From the NCBI GenBank assembly GCA_963729895.1, contig CAVSQB010000009.1, forward strand, positions 96,001 to 160,000: a DNA stretch of 64,000 nt. Reading direction: 5' to 3'. Below the pieces are notes generated by a model. That model made no database searches and was not told the origin of the DNA. It worked only from the letters and a program-made list of their open reading frames with translations. Positions within the stretch are counted from its first letter, which is position 1, and every line of letters starts with the position of its first letter. The position numbers were made by a program, and so were the translations under genes. This DNA comes from an uncultured Fibrobacterota bacterium. GTDB taxonomy: Bacteria > Fibrobacterota > Chitinivibrionia > Chitinivibrionales > FEN-1185. Below, piece after piece: positions 32,711 through 41,836 of the stretch.

Positions 32711-33170
32711 GCACAGAATATAATAACAAAAAAAGGGAATGGAAACAGGTTTTTGAACAATTCCGGCATTGGTTTGCGAACGACAGTATTTACAAGACAT
32801 TGATAATAAACATATTGAATTTCACATCTTATTGCGAACGAAATGAGTTTGCGAACACCTTCCGCAGGAAAAACACCGGATTCGCTCTGCGCCCGCATGC
32901 CACGGCGACACAAACTTTCTTACCAAAATACGTTGCACTCTCTCCGCGCCTATTGGGGCCGTCAAGGAAAAATAAGCTCTTACTATTCAAGGAGATAAAC
33001 CGCACCCAACAATAGCCTTCTATCTTACTTGGGGTAAGAAAAAAAACGTGGTGGCCCGCGAAAGAATTTCATAAATTAGGTATTGAGAACGAGGCAACAA
33101 ATATATAGAAGCCGATGAAAGGAAATCACTCCGCTGCTTGAAATAGTCTTATATATATTTGCTGCGGCAC

Positions 33171-33199
33171 TTGATCTTGAGCGTACTTCGTGGTATTAT
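33171..33199 (+). promoter_or_regulatory. Putative sigma70 promoter for the polysaccharide locus
   Basis: TTGATC-17 nt-TATTAT with an extended -10 TG, in an AT-rich 600-bp divergent intergenic region. Confidence 0.55.
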
Positions 33200-33309
33200 T
33201 GTATCAATAAAGTCACGCGGTTAAGTCCGACATCCCGGGGCCGGCTTACACGAATGAGGGAACAACGGTTCCGCGCAGCCCGGGCGGCACCAGAGGAAGC
33301 CTTCACGCT

Positions 33310-34506
33310 ATGAAATGTCCCGTCTCAAACGGCCTTGCCTTGACTCTTGCAGCGGGCATTACTGTCGGCCTATTGACATATGCAATCCTCCGGCTTTCCC
33401 CGGTTCGTACAACAGCACGGGCAACACCGTGGGCTTGCGTGGGCGGATGCGGATCGAGCGCAGGAAGCGCTACCGGCGACGTGCTGGTGAAGTGGATCGG
33501 AAACGGAGTCTCCGGAGCATTGTTCGACGCCGAGCTCATCATGAGCGAAGGCGCGCTCACCGACAGCTCTCTCGTTCGCGGTTCAGAATACGACGGAAGG
33601 CTCCGCATCAAAACGACTACCGCCCTCCTAAGCCTGTATTATCATCCGCCAAGAATCATGGACATCAAACTCAGCATGCCTTTTCTCATGAGGGAAGGAA
33701 TCAGTACGAATACCGGCGGATTCGGAGACCTTCTCGTCGACCTCTGCCGCAAGTGGGGCGCTTCCGGCGACGTCCAGACCGGCCTCTCGCTCATTCTACC
33801 GACAGGGTATGCCGACATAATGAACTCGGGCGTGGAAGCCTTGTCATCCGATAATCAATTGGGCGGCGGGTTGTTCAGCCTTTCGGCGCGCGGAAGCTAT
33901 ACCTTCGATTTCGACTGGGGAATTATCAACCTGGGAGGGTCGTATTCAGGAGGGTTTTTTGCGATAAGAACGACCAATTACGGATACGACACTCTAAACG
34001 TTCGCGTGTACCCTGTTGACCAGGAATTTCAGTATGCCCGTGAAGGCTGGGGCGCGCGCAATGACGCGGGAGTGTTCTCCCCGGATTATCTGAGCGTGTT
34101 TGCAGACTTCGGAATCAGGTCCCAAGGCTACACACACGGCTTCAGCATCAACTACTCGTACCCGCTCGCGCAGAGTAATGTCGAAATCCGCAGCGTCAAC
34201 GAGACGTATTTTGCAGCCCACCTGCCCACGAAAGCCTTGGCACAGACCTATGTGGACACCACCGCGCCCCATGGAGATACCACCAACATCGTGCTTAATC
34301 AAAACGGCGACGGTTCCTGGAATTACCTGACAAAGACGCCCACCCCGAGACCGACGCCTCCTTCGGTCACCTTGCAATATACCATTGAGAAAAGCGACAT
34401 GATGTTCCCGATACTCGTGGGCGGCATTGTCAAACTGGAGTACGCAAACAGGCTCAACTTCGCGGGAGTTTCCTTTGCAGTTGGGTTCAAGTTCCCGGTC
34501 TATTGA
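33310..34506 (+). CDS. Putative outer-membrane beta-barrel protein (paralog 1)
   Basis: Hydrophobic N-terminus, TGGFGDL.VD, L.LPTG, QLG.G.F, alternating strands, C-terminal GFKFPVY. Confidence 0.6.
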   Translation: MKCPVSNGLALTLAAGITVGLLTYAILRLSPVRTTARATPWACVGGCGSSAGSATGDVLVKWIGNGVSGALFDAELIMSEGALTDSSLVRGSEYDGRLRIKTTTALLSLYYHPPRIMDIKLSMPFLMREGISTNTGGFGDLLVDLCRKWGASGDVQTGLSLILPTGYADIMNSGVEALSSDNQLGGGLFSLSARGSYTFDFDWGIINLGGSYSGGFFAIRTTNYGYDTLNVRVYPVDQEFQYAREGWGARNDAGVFSPDYLSVFADFGIRSQGYTHGFSINYSYPLAQSNVEIRSVNETYFAAHLPTKALAQTYVDTTAPHGDTTNIVLNQNGDGSWNYLTKTPTPRPTPPSVTLQYTIEKSDMMFPILVGGIVKLEYANRLNFAGVSFAVGFKFPVY

Positions 34507-34552
34507 CAAGGGCAGAGGCCCGCAACCCGGCACAAGAAGAAAGGATCCGTAG

Positions 34553-35689
34553 ATGCCACTTCACCATTACAAGACCATCACTGCCTTTATTCTTGGGGCG
34601 CTGGTCCTTTCGGCCTCCGGACAGGCGATGCAGGTTGGAGAAAACAGCCTCGGCCTGTCGGGTGACCTGCATTTGAAATGGATCGGCAAAGGCATTGCCG
34701 GAAAATTGATCGACGCCGAGGTCATACTGAGCGAAGCCATGATCGCGGACAGTTCAAAACTTGGCGGTTCCCAATACGACGGAACGTTCCGCACCAAGAT
34801 CACGCAGGCGCTGGTGAGTTTCTATGTTCATCCGGGAAAGGTCCTCGATCTCAAGCTCAGCATGCCATTTCTCATTAAGCAAACTCCCGACGGGAAAACC
34901 GGGCCGTTTGGCGACATGCTGCTCGACGTGAGCCGTTCATGGGGCACGCTTAACATGTTCGCGGCCGGCCTCACCCTCAACTTCCCGACCGGCTATTCCA
35001 CGATCATGAGCGACGACACGCACTTTCTTGCCCAGGAAAGCCAGGTGGGAAACGGTCTATTCGGGGCAACTGCACGGGCAAGTTATGCGTTTGCGCCCGA
35101 CTGGGGAATTATCAATGTGGGCGCTTCGTATTCGGCAGGACTCTTTGCACTGCGGACATCCAGCTATGGGTATGACCCCAACACGGATCAAATCACCTAT
35201 GATACAAAAGCGTTCCAAGTTGCGCGCGACGGATGGGGAGCGCGTAACGACGCAGGAGTTGTTACGCCCGACCGCATCGGCATGTTTGTCGATTTCGGAA
35301 TCAAGACGGAAACGGTCAATCACGGGTTCAGCATCGGCTACTATTATCCGACACTCGCAATCAGCAACTACGAAACGCTTGCAAAGGGCAATACTCCAAC
35401 ACCTTTTGCGACGAGAGCGCTTGCCCAGGCCTCACTTAACGCAGGAGATACCGTTCCCAACACCCAGTACTATGTTGCAGGCCAGAGGCAAGACAGCACC
35501 TGGGAGTACCTGGCCAGAACAACCGTGGGGCAAAGGATGTTTCCGTCTCTTACCTTACAATACAATATTGAGAAGAACGACATAACCTTCCCCATTTTTC
35601 TGGGCGGCGCGGTAAAAATGGATTACGACAACAGACTGAATTTCTCGGCTTTTTCTCTGGGAATCGGGTTCAAGTTCCCGGTGCTTTGA
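34553..35689 (+). CDS. Putative outer-membrane beta-barrel protein (paralog 2)
   Basis: Shares KWIG.G, WGIIN.G.SYS.G.FA and AR.GWGARNDAGV with paralog 1; C-terminal GFKFPVL. Confidence 0.6.
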   Translation: MPLHHYKTITAFILGALVLSASGQAMQVGENSLGLSGDLHLKWIGKGIAGKLIDAEVILSEAMIADSSKLGGSQYDGTFRTKITQALVSFYVHPGKVLDLKLSMPFLIKQTPDGKTGPFGDMLLDVSRSWGTLNMFAAGLTLNFPTGYSTIMSDDTHFLAQESQVGNGLFGATARASYAFAPDWGIINVGASYSAGLFALRTSSYGYDPNTDQITYDTKAFQVARDGWGARNDAGVVTPDRIGMFVDFGIKTETVNHGFSIGYYYPTLAISNYETLAKGNTPTPFATRALAQASLNAGDTVPNTQYYVAGQRQDSTWEYLARTTVGQRMFPSLTLQYNIEKNDITFPIFLGGAVKMDYDNRLNFSAFSLGIGFKFPVL

Positions 35690-35735
35690 AAACAAGTTGA
35701 TTTATACCATATCACTTTTCCGAAAGGATCCTGCT

Positions 35736-36869
35736 ATGCGCTTTTCCATCCGGCCAATAAGGGTCTCGCTCGTGCTGTCGGCATTGGCAATGGTTTCGTT
35801 TACAAGTTATTCGCAAAATGCCGGGCTTACCCTTGGCGGCCAATTTGTCCCCAAAGACAGCATCATGCTGTTCATCGACATGGGAAATTCCGCCATGTCG
35901 GGCCGCGACAAACAACCCGACCTTGTCACAGACCCCCATTTGTGGAAATTCGAAATGGACCCGGCGAATTACGATTGGCTGCCGGCAAAAGAGCCCATCT
36001 GCGTCGATGTCTACCAGTCACTCACCGCACCTTTGGGCGGTCCCATCATGCCATTCCTCAAGAGGCTCCACGTGGATTACCCGAACTACTATTTCGGTGT
36101 TATGCAATTGTCCAATTCCGGATGGGAGCTCATGGGCAACTTCAATGCCGGCTCTGGGGCGATAACCGCTCTGTTGACACAAGCCAACAAGCTCAAGCCC
36201 AACGTAACCATAGCCGGAATTGTCAGCATGCTCAATAACGTCGAAGTTCAAAACAGCGATACCCTCAACTATTTGCAGCATGTTGCGGACATGGTCAGTA
36301 ACATCCGGACCAGCCTGGGAACTTTGCAGTACGATGGCACAACATACACGGTGCCTTACATCCACGCAGGGTACCCGGTTGAGGCGAAAGACAACCCGAG
36401 TGGGACGATCCAATACGATACATCGCATATCCAGACCAAGAGCATCATGAGGCAAATTGCCCAGATTCCCACAAAAGTTTTGGACTGCGTGATAATTCCC
36501 ACGGATGGATTGACGGTCTGCATGAACTGCACCCCGGCAGGCTACTACGACCACTACGACTCCGCCGGAAGTGCCGGATGGGGAACCCGAACGGCCGACA
36601 CGGTGCTGGGCCGTTGCTGGATACCTCCTGTCAATAATTGTTCCACCTTGGCCACCATGCCGCAGCATCAGATTGCCGTGTTTCATTCTACCACGGTACA
36701 GAGGATCATGTTCGACGGAACCAACTGGTCCGCATTCGACAAGGCCGGAAAATCGTTCACCGTGTATTCGCCCAACGGCAGGGCGATCACTGCAGCGTCG
36801 GCGTCATCGTTAAAGACCCAGAAGCTGCTGCCGGGCGTGTACTTTGTGCGCACTGAGGCAAAGAATTGA
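35736..36869 (+). CDS. Secreted SASA/CE6-like SGNH esterase with a T9SS-like tail (paralog 1)
   Basis: GNSAMSGR (compare GQSNM.GR), W.PAKEP, GP..PF, IPTDGL...DHY; tail VYSPNGR...PGVYFV. Confidence 0.7.
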   Translation: MRFSIRPIRVSLVLSALAMVSFTSYSQNAGLTLGGQFVPKDSIMLFIDMGNSAMSGRDKQPDLVTDPHLWKFEMDPANYDWLPAKEPICVDVYQSLTAPLGGPIMPFLKRLHVDYPNYYFGVMQLSNSGWELMGNFNAGSGAITALLTQANKLKPNVTIAGIVSMLNNVEVQNSDTLNYLQHVADMVSNIRTSLGTLQYDGTTYTVPYIHAGYPVEAKDNPSGTIQYDTSHIQTKSIMRQIAQIPTKVLDCVIIPTDGLTVCMNCTPAGYYDHYDSAGSAGWGTRTADTVLGRCWIPPVNNCSTLATMPQHQIAVFHSTTVQRIMFDGTNWSAFDKAGKSFTVYSPNGRAITAASASSLKTQKLLPGVYFVRTEAKN

Positions 36870-36989
36870 TCTTCTCCGGCTCGCCAACTAATCATTGACG
36901 TGCCGGAATCCTGCTCTGGCCCGGTGCGAAGGACCGCAGGTAAGCCGGATTTCGGGAATTGTTAGAACTCAAGAGGGAGGGATTTGAAA

Positions 36990-38165
36990 ATGGGGCACGC
37001 CACCGCGGTTGGAAGAAAAGCGACATTCTGCGCGTCGATGGTTGCTGCGCTTTGTTTTTCCGCTTTTGCTCAACAGGCCGGACTCACCCTCGGCGGACAC
37101 TTTGTCCCCAAAGACTCAATGTACGTCTTCCTGTTCTTTGGGAATTCGGTGATGTCGGGCAGAGACACGCCTCCAGACACGATTTCCAATAACTTCGCAT
37201 GGAAATATGTCATGACAAACAACTGCGGTACTTACACGGGAACCTGTCCGCCGCAGTATTCCTGGCAGCCTGGTATTGATCCGATGTGTTTCGACTCAAA
37301 AAACCCTTTGAACGGCGTGATTAAATACAGCCCTGGCACACCGTTCCTCAAGAGACTGGCGGCAGACTATCCCGGCTATTATTTCGGGGTTGCGCAATTG
37401 TCGGGGTCTGCGTGGCAGTTGACGCATTTTCAGCCGCCGAATTCCGGCGACTTGAAAGCTGTGGTGACTCAGGGAAACATCCTCAAGCAAAACTGCCATA
37501 TTGAAGGCTTGGCGATGATCTTTAACATAGTGGAAATTCAGTACAGTAACGGCGACTCGACGTACGCCAGCATAGTCAATTATTGCGCAAATATCGACAG
37601 TGTCATAACATACCTCCGCACCGGTCTCGGACTCCCCAACCTTCCACTTATCCAATCTGATTATCCGGTCTTAGCCGGCGACCCTAAGAAGCCGACCACC
37701 GACGACTACAGCATCACCGGTCCGTGGGCAGGTGCAATACGCACACTCATGGCACAGAACAAACTTGCGGCACAAACCGTTCCGAACACCGTGCTCATTC
37801 CCACGGACAGCCTCACTATGTATACCGAGGACGGGTTGTATACCCATTACAACCACAACGGGGATTTCAAATGGGCAAACCGCGTGGCTGACTCGATCTG
37901 CGCGCGAAATTGGGGGCCTGTAAACAAATGCGGCGCAACGATGGCCGTTTCGGCCGTCAAGAGTCAGTCTGTTTCAACCTTTCCCTCGTTCTCGCGCACG
38001 GTGTTCTTTGACGGCCGCAACTGGTCTGCATTTGACAAAGCGGGGAAATCTTTCGAGCTATTCTTTCCAAACGGGAAGGTTGTTTTAGACGCGGCGGGCC
38101 TCCGTCTTGGGAACGGGAATCTCAGGCCCGGCATTTACATAATCCGTTCAAATAGTGCAAAATAA
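36990..38165 (+). CDS. Secreted SASA/CE6-like SGNH esterase with a T9SS-like tail (paralog 2)
   Basis: GNSVMSGR, SPG.PF, LR..LG.PNLP.I, IPTDSL...DGLYTHY; same AGLTLGG.FVPKDS start as paralog 1. Confidence 0.7.
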   Translation: MGHATAVGRKATFCASMVAALCFSAFAQQAGLTLGGHFVPKDSMYVFLFFGNSVMSGRDTPPDTISNNFAWKYVMTNNCGTYTGTCPPQYSWQPGIDPMCFDSKNPLNGVIKYSPGTPFLKRLAADYPGYYFGVAQLSGSAWQLTHFQPPNSGDLKAVVTQGNILKQNCHIEGLAMIFNIVEIQYSNGDSTYASIVNYCANIDSVITYLRTGLGLPNLPLIQSDYPVLAGDPKKPTTDDYSITGPWAGAIRTLMAQNKLAAQTVPNTVLIPTDSLTMYTEDGLYTHYNHNGDFKWANRVADSICARNWGPVNKCGATMAVSAVKSQSVSTFPSFSRTVFFDGRNWSAFDKAGKSFELFFPNGKVVLDAAGLRLGNGNLRPGIYIIRSNSAK

Positions 38166-38214
38166 GATTATTGGTTTTCATAGTTAAACCTTATATCAAC
38201 AGAAAGGGCCCCCC

Positions 38215-39870
38215 ATGGTCAACATTTTCAAGCTACTGACGCTGGCAGCATTGGCAACTGCGTTCTTTGGAAGCGCCGTTTCCGTCCAATCGGCTGAGTA
38301 CCCCAAGCCGGGCGCGGCGTGCACCACGCTCGCGACCCAAGGTTGCTGGACATGGTATCACGATTCCAGGGCGGTTTACTACAAAGGAACGCACGAAAAG
38401 ACCTATGTCGGCTATTTTCATTCGGCGGCCAATCCGGGAGCTGCGGCAATTGCTTCGTTTGACCACACAACCGGAGAAATCGACACGTTTAACCTGAAAA
38501 CGAATTTCGGTTTTGACGATCATAATACCACCACGTTAACTGTTCTGCCCAACGGCCACATCATCACCTTTTACAGCGAACATTACGGTGCGGCGTGGTA
38601 CAGCCGCATTTCGACGAACCCGGAAGACATTACGGCCTGGGGCGCGGAAAAAACGGTCAACGTCGCGTGCACCTATCCCAACGTTTGCCAATTGAGTGCA
38701 GAGGGGGCAAATGGTAACAGGCTCTACTTGTTCTTTAGAGGACCGTCCACCGAAGGCGGCGACGCAGGAATGCCCTATTACCAGACCAGCGACGACGGCG
38801 GCGCAACGTGGAGCGCGGCGGTCAAGTACTTCTTCGGAGGCACCGAGGCCGCAGGCATGAGGCCTTATTGCAAATACGTTTCCAACGGTAAAGACAGGAT
38901 TTATATGTTGATCGAGGGGGATAATCGCAACAACCCGCCGCCCAAACCAACGTACTTCATGTATTATTACAACGGCGGATTTTACAAGATGAATGGAACG
39001 CTGATTGCAACAGTAGCCCAGGACAAAACCACCCCGATTACTACGGGCCAGGTGGACACCGTCTACGATCCGGCGAACCCTCCGGACGGTTTGAATGGCA
39101 CAATCGGAACAGGCTGGGACGTGGCGCTCGACTCTGCCGGTTATCCCGTATTTGTTTACGACATCTACGATCCGTCGGGCGCTAACCACCGGTATTATTA
39201 CTACCGCTGGGACGGGACAAAATGGAACCATTACTTCCTCATCAACAGCGGCGGGCCCATGACCGAAGGCGGACAGGAAGTCGGTTTCAGCGGCGGTCTT
39301 ATTCTGGACCATGCGAACCCGAACCTTGTGTACATGAGCACGCATGTCAACGGCGTATTCGAGCTTGAGCGCTGGCTTACGCCAGACAAAGGTGCGACGT
39401 GGACGACGTGGCAGATAACGTCCGGCTCGGCAGCCAAAAACTGTCGTCCCATTGTTCCGCGCAATACTTCCGGCGGAAAGATTGACGTTGTTTGGAACTA
39501 CGGTACCTACACCACCTGGGGTGGCCCGTTCTCAATGGATGTAAAAATGTACACGTTCGACTCCACAAAAATAGCGGCGGGGATCACGCCGGTCAAATCG
39601 AGTTTCGAACGGCGCGCTCCAAAAGAGACCGGATTCAATCTGCTGGCCGGCGGCCTGTCTTTCACGCTCGCCTCTTCCGCATCGTCAACGCTCAGGATTT
39701 ACGACGTGCAAGGCCGGATCGTTTCCGACCAGACATCGGGCGTGCGGCGCATGCCGGCGGGAGTCAACACCGTGCAGTACAAATCGCTCGGCCTCGCTCG
39801 CGGAGCATACATCGCCAGGTTGTTTGACGGTGCGCATGATTATTCGCAGTGCTTTATCGTTGAGCGGTAG
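38215..39870 (+). CDS. BNR-4 repeat beta-propeller protein with a T9SS-like tail (paralog 1)
   Basis: GCWTWY, DDHN, S.NPEDI, TYPN, FFRG, SDDGG.TW, RPY.KY. Confidence 0.8.
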   Translation: MVNIFKLLTLAALATAFFGSAVSVQSAEYPKPGAACTTLATQGCWTWYHDSRAVYYKGTHEKTYVGYFHSAANPGAAAIASFDHTTGEIDTFNLKTNFGFDDHNTTTLTVLPNGHIITFYSEHYGAAWYSRISTNPEDITAWGAEKTVNVACTYPNVCQLSAEGANGNRLYLFFRGPSTEGGDAGMPYYQTSDDGGATWSAAVKYFFGGTEAAGMRPYCKYVSNGKDRIYMLIEGDNRNNPPPKPTYFMYYYNGGFYKMNGTLIATVAQDKTTPITTGQVDTVYDPANPPDGLNGTIGTGWDVALDSAGYPVFVYDIYDPSGANHRYYYYRWDGTKWNHYFLINSGGPMTEGGQEVGFSGGLILDHANPNLVYMSTHVNGVFELERWLTPDKGATWTTWQITSGSAAKNCRPIVPRNTSGGKIDVVWNYGTYTTWGGPFSMDVKMYTFDSTKIAAGITPVKSSFERRAPKETGFNLLAGGLSFTLASSASSTLRIYDVQGRIVSDQTSGVRRMPAGVNTVQYKSLGLARGAYIARLFDGAHDYSQCFIVER

Positions 39871-39923
39871 AAACTGAGCCGGACCGGCGCAAAGAAGCCG
39901 GCCTATTTTCAGCAATGGCAAGC

Positions 39924-39962
39924 TTGAGGATTTTCCACGGGGGGAAATCGGAAAATCCTCAA
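39924..39962. repeat. 13-bp perfect inverted repeat
   Basis: ttgaggattttcc - 13 nt - ggaaaatcctcaa between BNR paralogs 1 and 2. Confidence 0.7.
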
Positions 39963-40105
39963 TCTTTGGAGCAGACAAACTCGATTCGCTCCTTGCGTGG
40001 GGAGATACGGGCGGAACGCGCGCGGTCATTATTGCGCGGCAGAAATGCATTGTCTGTTCGATGGCGTGCTGTAAACCGGCATTTCTTTAACAATTGGGGG
40101 TCATC

Positions 40106-41824
40106 ATGTTCAGGAGAAGCTTTCTTGCCGTCTTCTCGATGGCAATCGTTTGTGCAGGCTTGGTTTCCAGTTTAAGCGCTCAGGCCATTCCAAAACCCGG
40201 CGAGCAGTTTGCCGCCATTTCAAAGGATGCCATTTACACCTGGTACGGTGAACCCAAGGCGATTTATTATGAGGGCACTCATAAACGCACCTACATGACG
40301 TGGAACAGCTCGACCGGCACCAAAGGAATCGGCTACTACGATTTCGACACCCAGGATACGGTGACAATGTCGCTGCCTCCAATGCCCTATGGATCAGACG
40401 ACCATTGCCACCCTGTCGTCATCGTTCGTCCGGATGGCAAACTCATCATTTTCTGCACCGGTCATGACGGCAATGAAATAACCGAATTGATCGCAAAAAA
40501 CCCCGAAGATATTTCATCCTGGGAAACCCCTATTTACCCCGGCGGCAACGGCGGATATTGTTATCCCAACGCCATTTTCCTTAAGGCCGAAGGCGACAGC
40601 GGACGATTCTACCTGTTCTTCCGCGACTCGCTTCTTGAACCCTGGTTTACAACCAGTGACGACTGGGGAAAAACCTGGGTGCCGGTCATGCATCTTTTCC
40701 ACGTTTCCACGTATCCCAACGATGCCTATAAACCCTATGTGAAATACGCATCCAATGACATTGACCAGATCCAAATGGTGATTGAACGCCAGAACCGCCA
40801 GGGTGCTGCGGCGGATAAACCGATTTACTTCGCGAAATACAAGAATGACTCCTTCTATCAGGACAACGGGCGTTTTATATGCACCAAGGCAACCCTTCCC
40901 CTGCTCGATAATGTGTTGGACACCATCTTTTACGCTTCCCGATTCGGATGCAGCAACACCTGTTACGATGTCGCGCTTGACTCTAACAACAACGCCGTGG
41001 CAGTCATGGATATGTTTCAGGACACCGCAATCAATATCTATTGGTACATGCACTGGACCGGGACTTCCTGGTTCAAGACGGCTTTTGTCAACAGCGGAAT
41101 GTACCGCGGCTGCCAGAGCGGATTCGCCGCTGGCATCACGCTCGACCACGAGAACCCGAACAACGTGTACCTGTGCCGTCAGATGCTCACCCCAACGGCA
41201 ACGCCGTTCCACCTTGCGGATACCAGCTATACAAATTACAAAAACAATCTTAAGGCGACGTGCTGGACGACTTCTGCATATCCGCATGAGGTCGAAAAGT
41301 GGACTACCAAGGACGGCGGCGCAACCTGGGACACCATGGCCATCACCCGAAACACAGCAAATACATACATGAACACGAACTGCCTTCCCTGCGTGCCGCG
41401 CCATCACAAGGCCGGGGAAAAGCTCGAACTGATGTGGCTTAACGGCCTGTATCAAAGCATGAGCCCGACCGCGATCAACGGATATCCGGGATACCAGATG
41501 TCGCTGCGGATGTTCGCCTTTAAGGACGGGGAACTGCCTACCACAGCCGCCGCATCGCAAGTGGCGCACAAGCAGGTTCAATGGTCGATGAACGTTTGCA
41601 AGAACGGGATATCAATGTCTCTTGTCAACCATGCCCGTTCATCGCTCAAACTGTATTCCCTGCAGGGGAAACTCACGGCAGACTATACAGGCCTGGTGAG
41701 AGGCATGGGCAACGGCGCCGCGTTCCTGCCTTTTTCCGCCCTCACCCGGGTCGGCGGCGTCTATATCGTGAAACTTGACAACGGGCAGTCAATAGCAATG
41801 GACAGAATAGTCATCTCCAAATAA
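40106..41824 (+). CDS. BNR-4 repeat beta-propeller protein (paralog 2)
   Basis: YTWYGEPKA, DDHC, TGHDG, YCYPN, SDDWGKTW; T9SS-like tail. Confidence 0.8.
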   Translation: MFRRSFLAVFSMAIVCAGLVSSLSAQAIPKPGEQFAAISKDAIYTWYGEPKAIYYEGTHKRTYMTWNSSTGTKGIGYYDFDTQDTVTMSLPPMPYGSDDHCHPVVIVRPDGKLIIFCTGHDGNEITELIAKNPEDISSWETPIYPGGNGGYCYPNAIFLKAEGDSGRFYLFFRDSLLEPWFTTSDDWGKTWVPVMHLFHVSTYPNDAYKPYVKYASNDIDQIQMVIERQNRQGAAADKPIYFAKYKNDSFYQDNGRFICTKATLPLLDNVLDTIFYASRFGCSNTCYDVALDSNNNAVAVMDMFQDTAINIYWYMHWTGTSWFKTAFVNSGMYRGCQSGFAAGITLDHENPNNVYLCRQMLTPTATPFHLADTSYTNYKNNLKATCWTTSAYPHEVEKWTTKDGGATWDTMAITRNTANTYMNTNCLPCVPRHHKAGEKLELMWLNGLYQSMSPTAINGYPGYQMSLRMFAFKDGELPTTAAASQVAHKQVQWSMNVCKNGISMSLVNHARSSLKLYSLQGKLTADYTGLVRGMGNGAAFLPFSALTRVGGVYIVKLDNGQSIAMDRIVISK

Positions 41825-41836
41825 AAGGAGTTCCTT

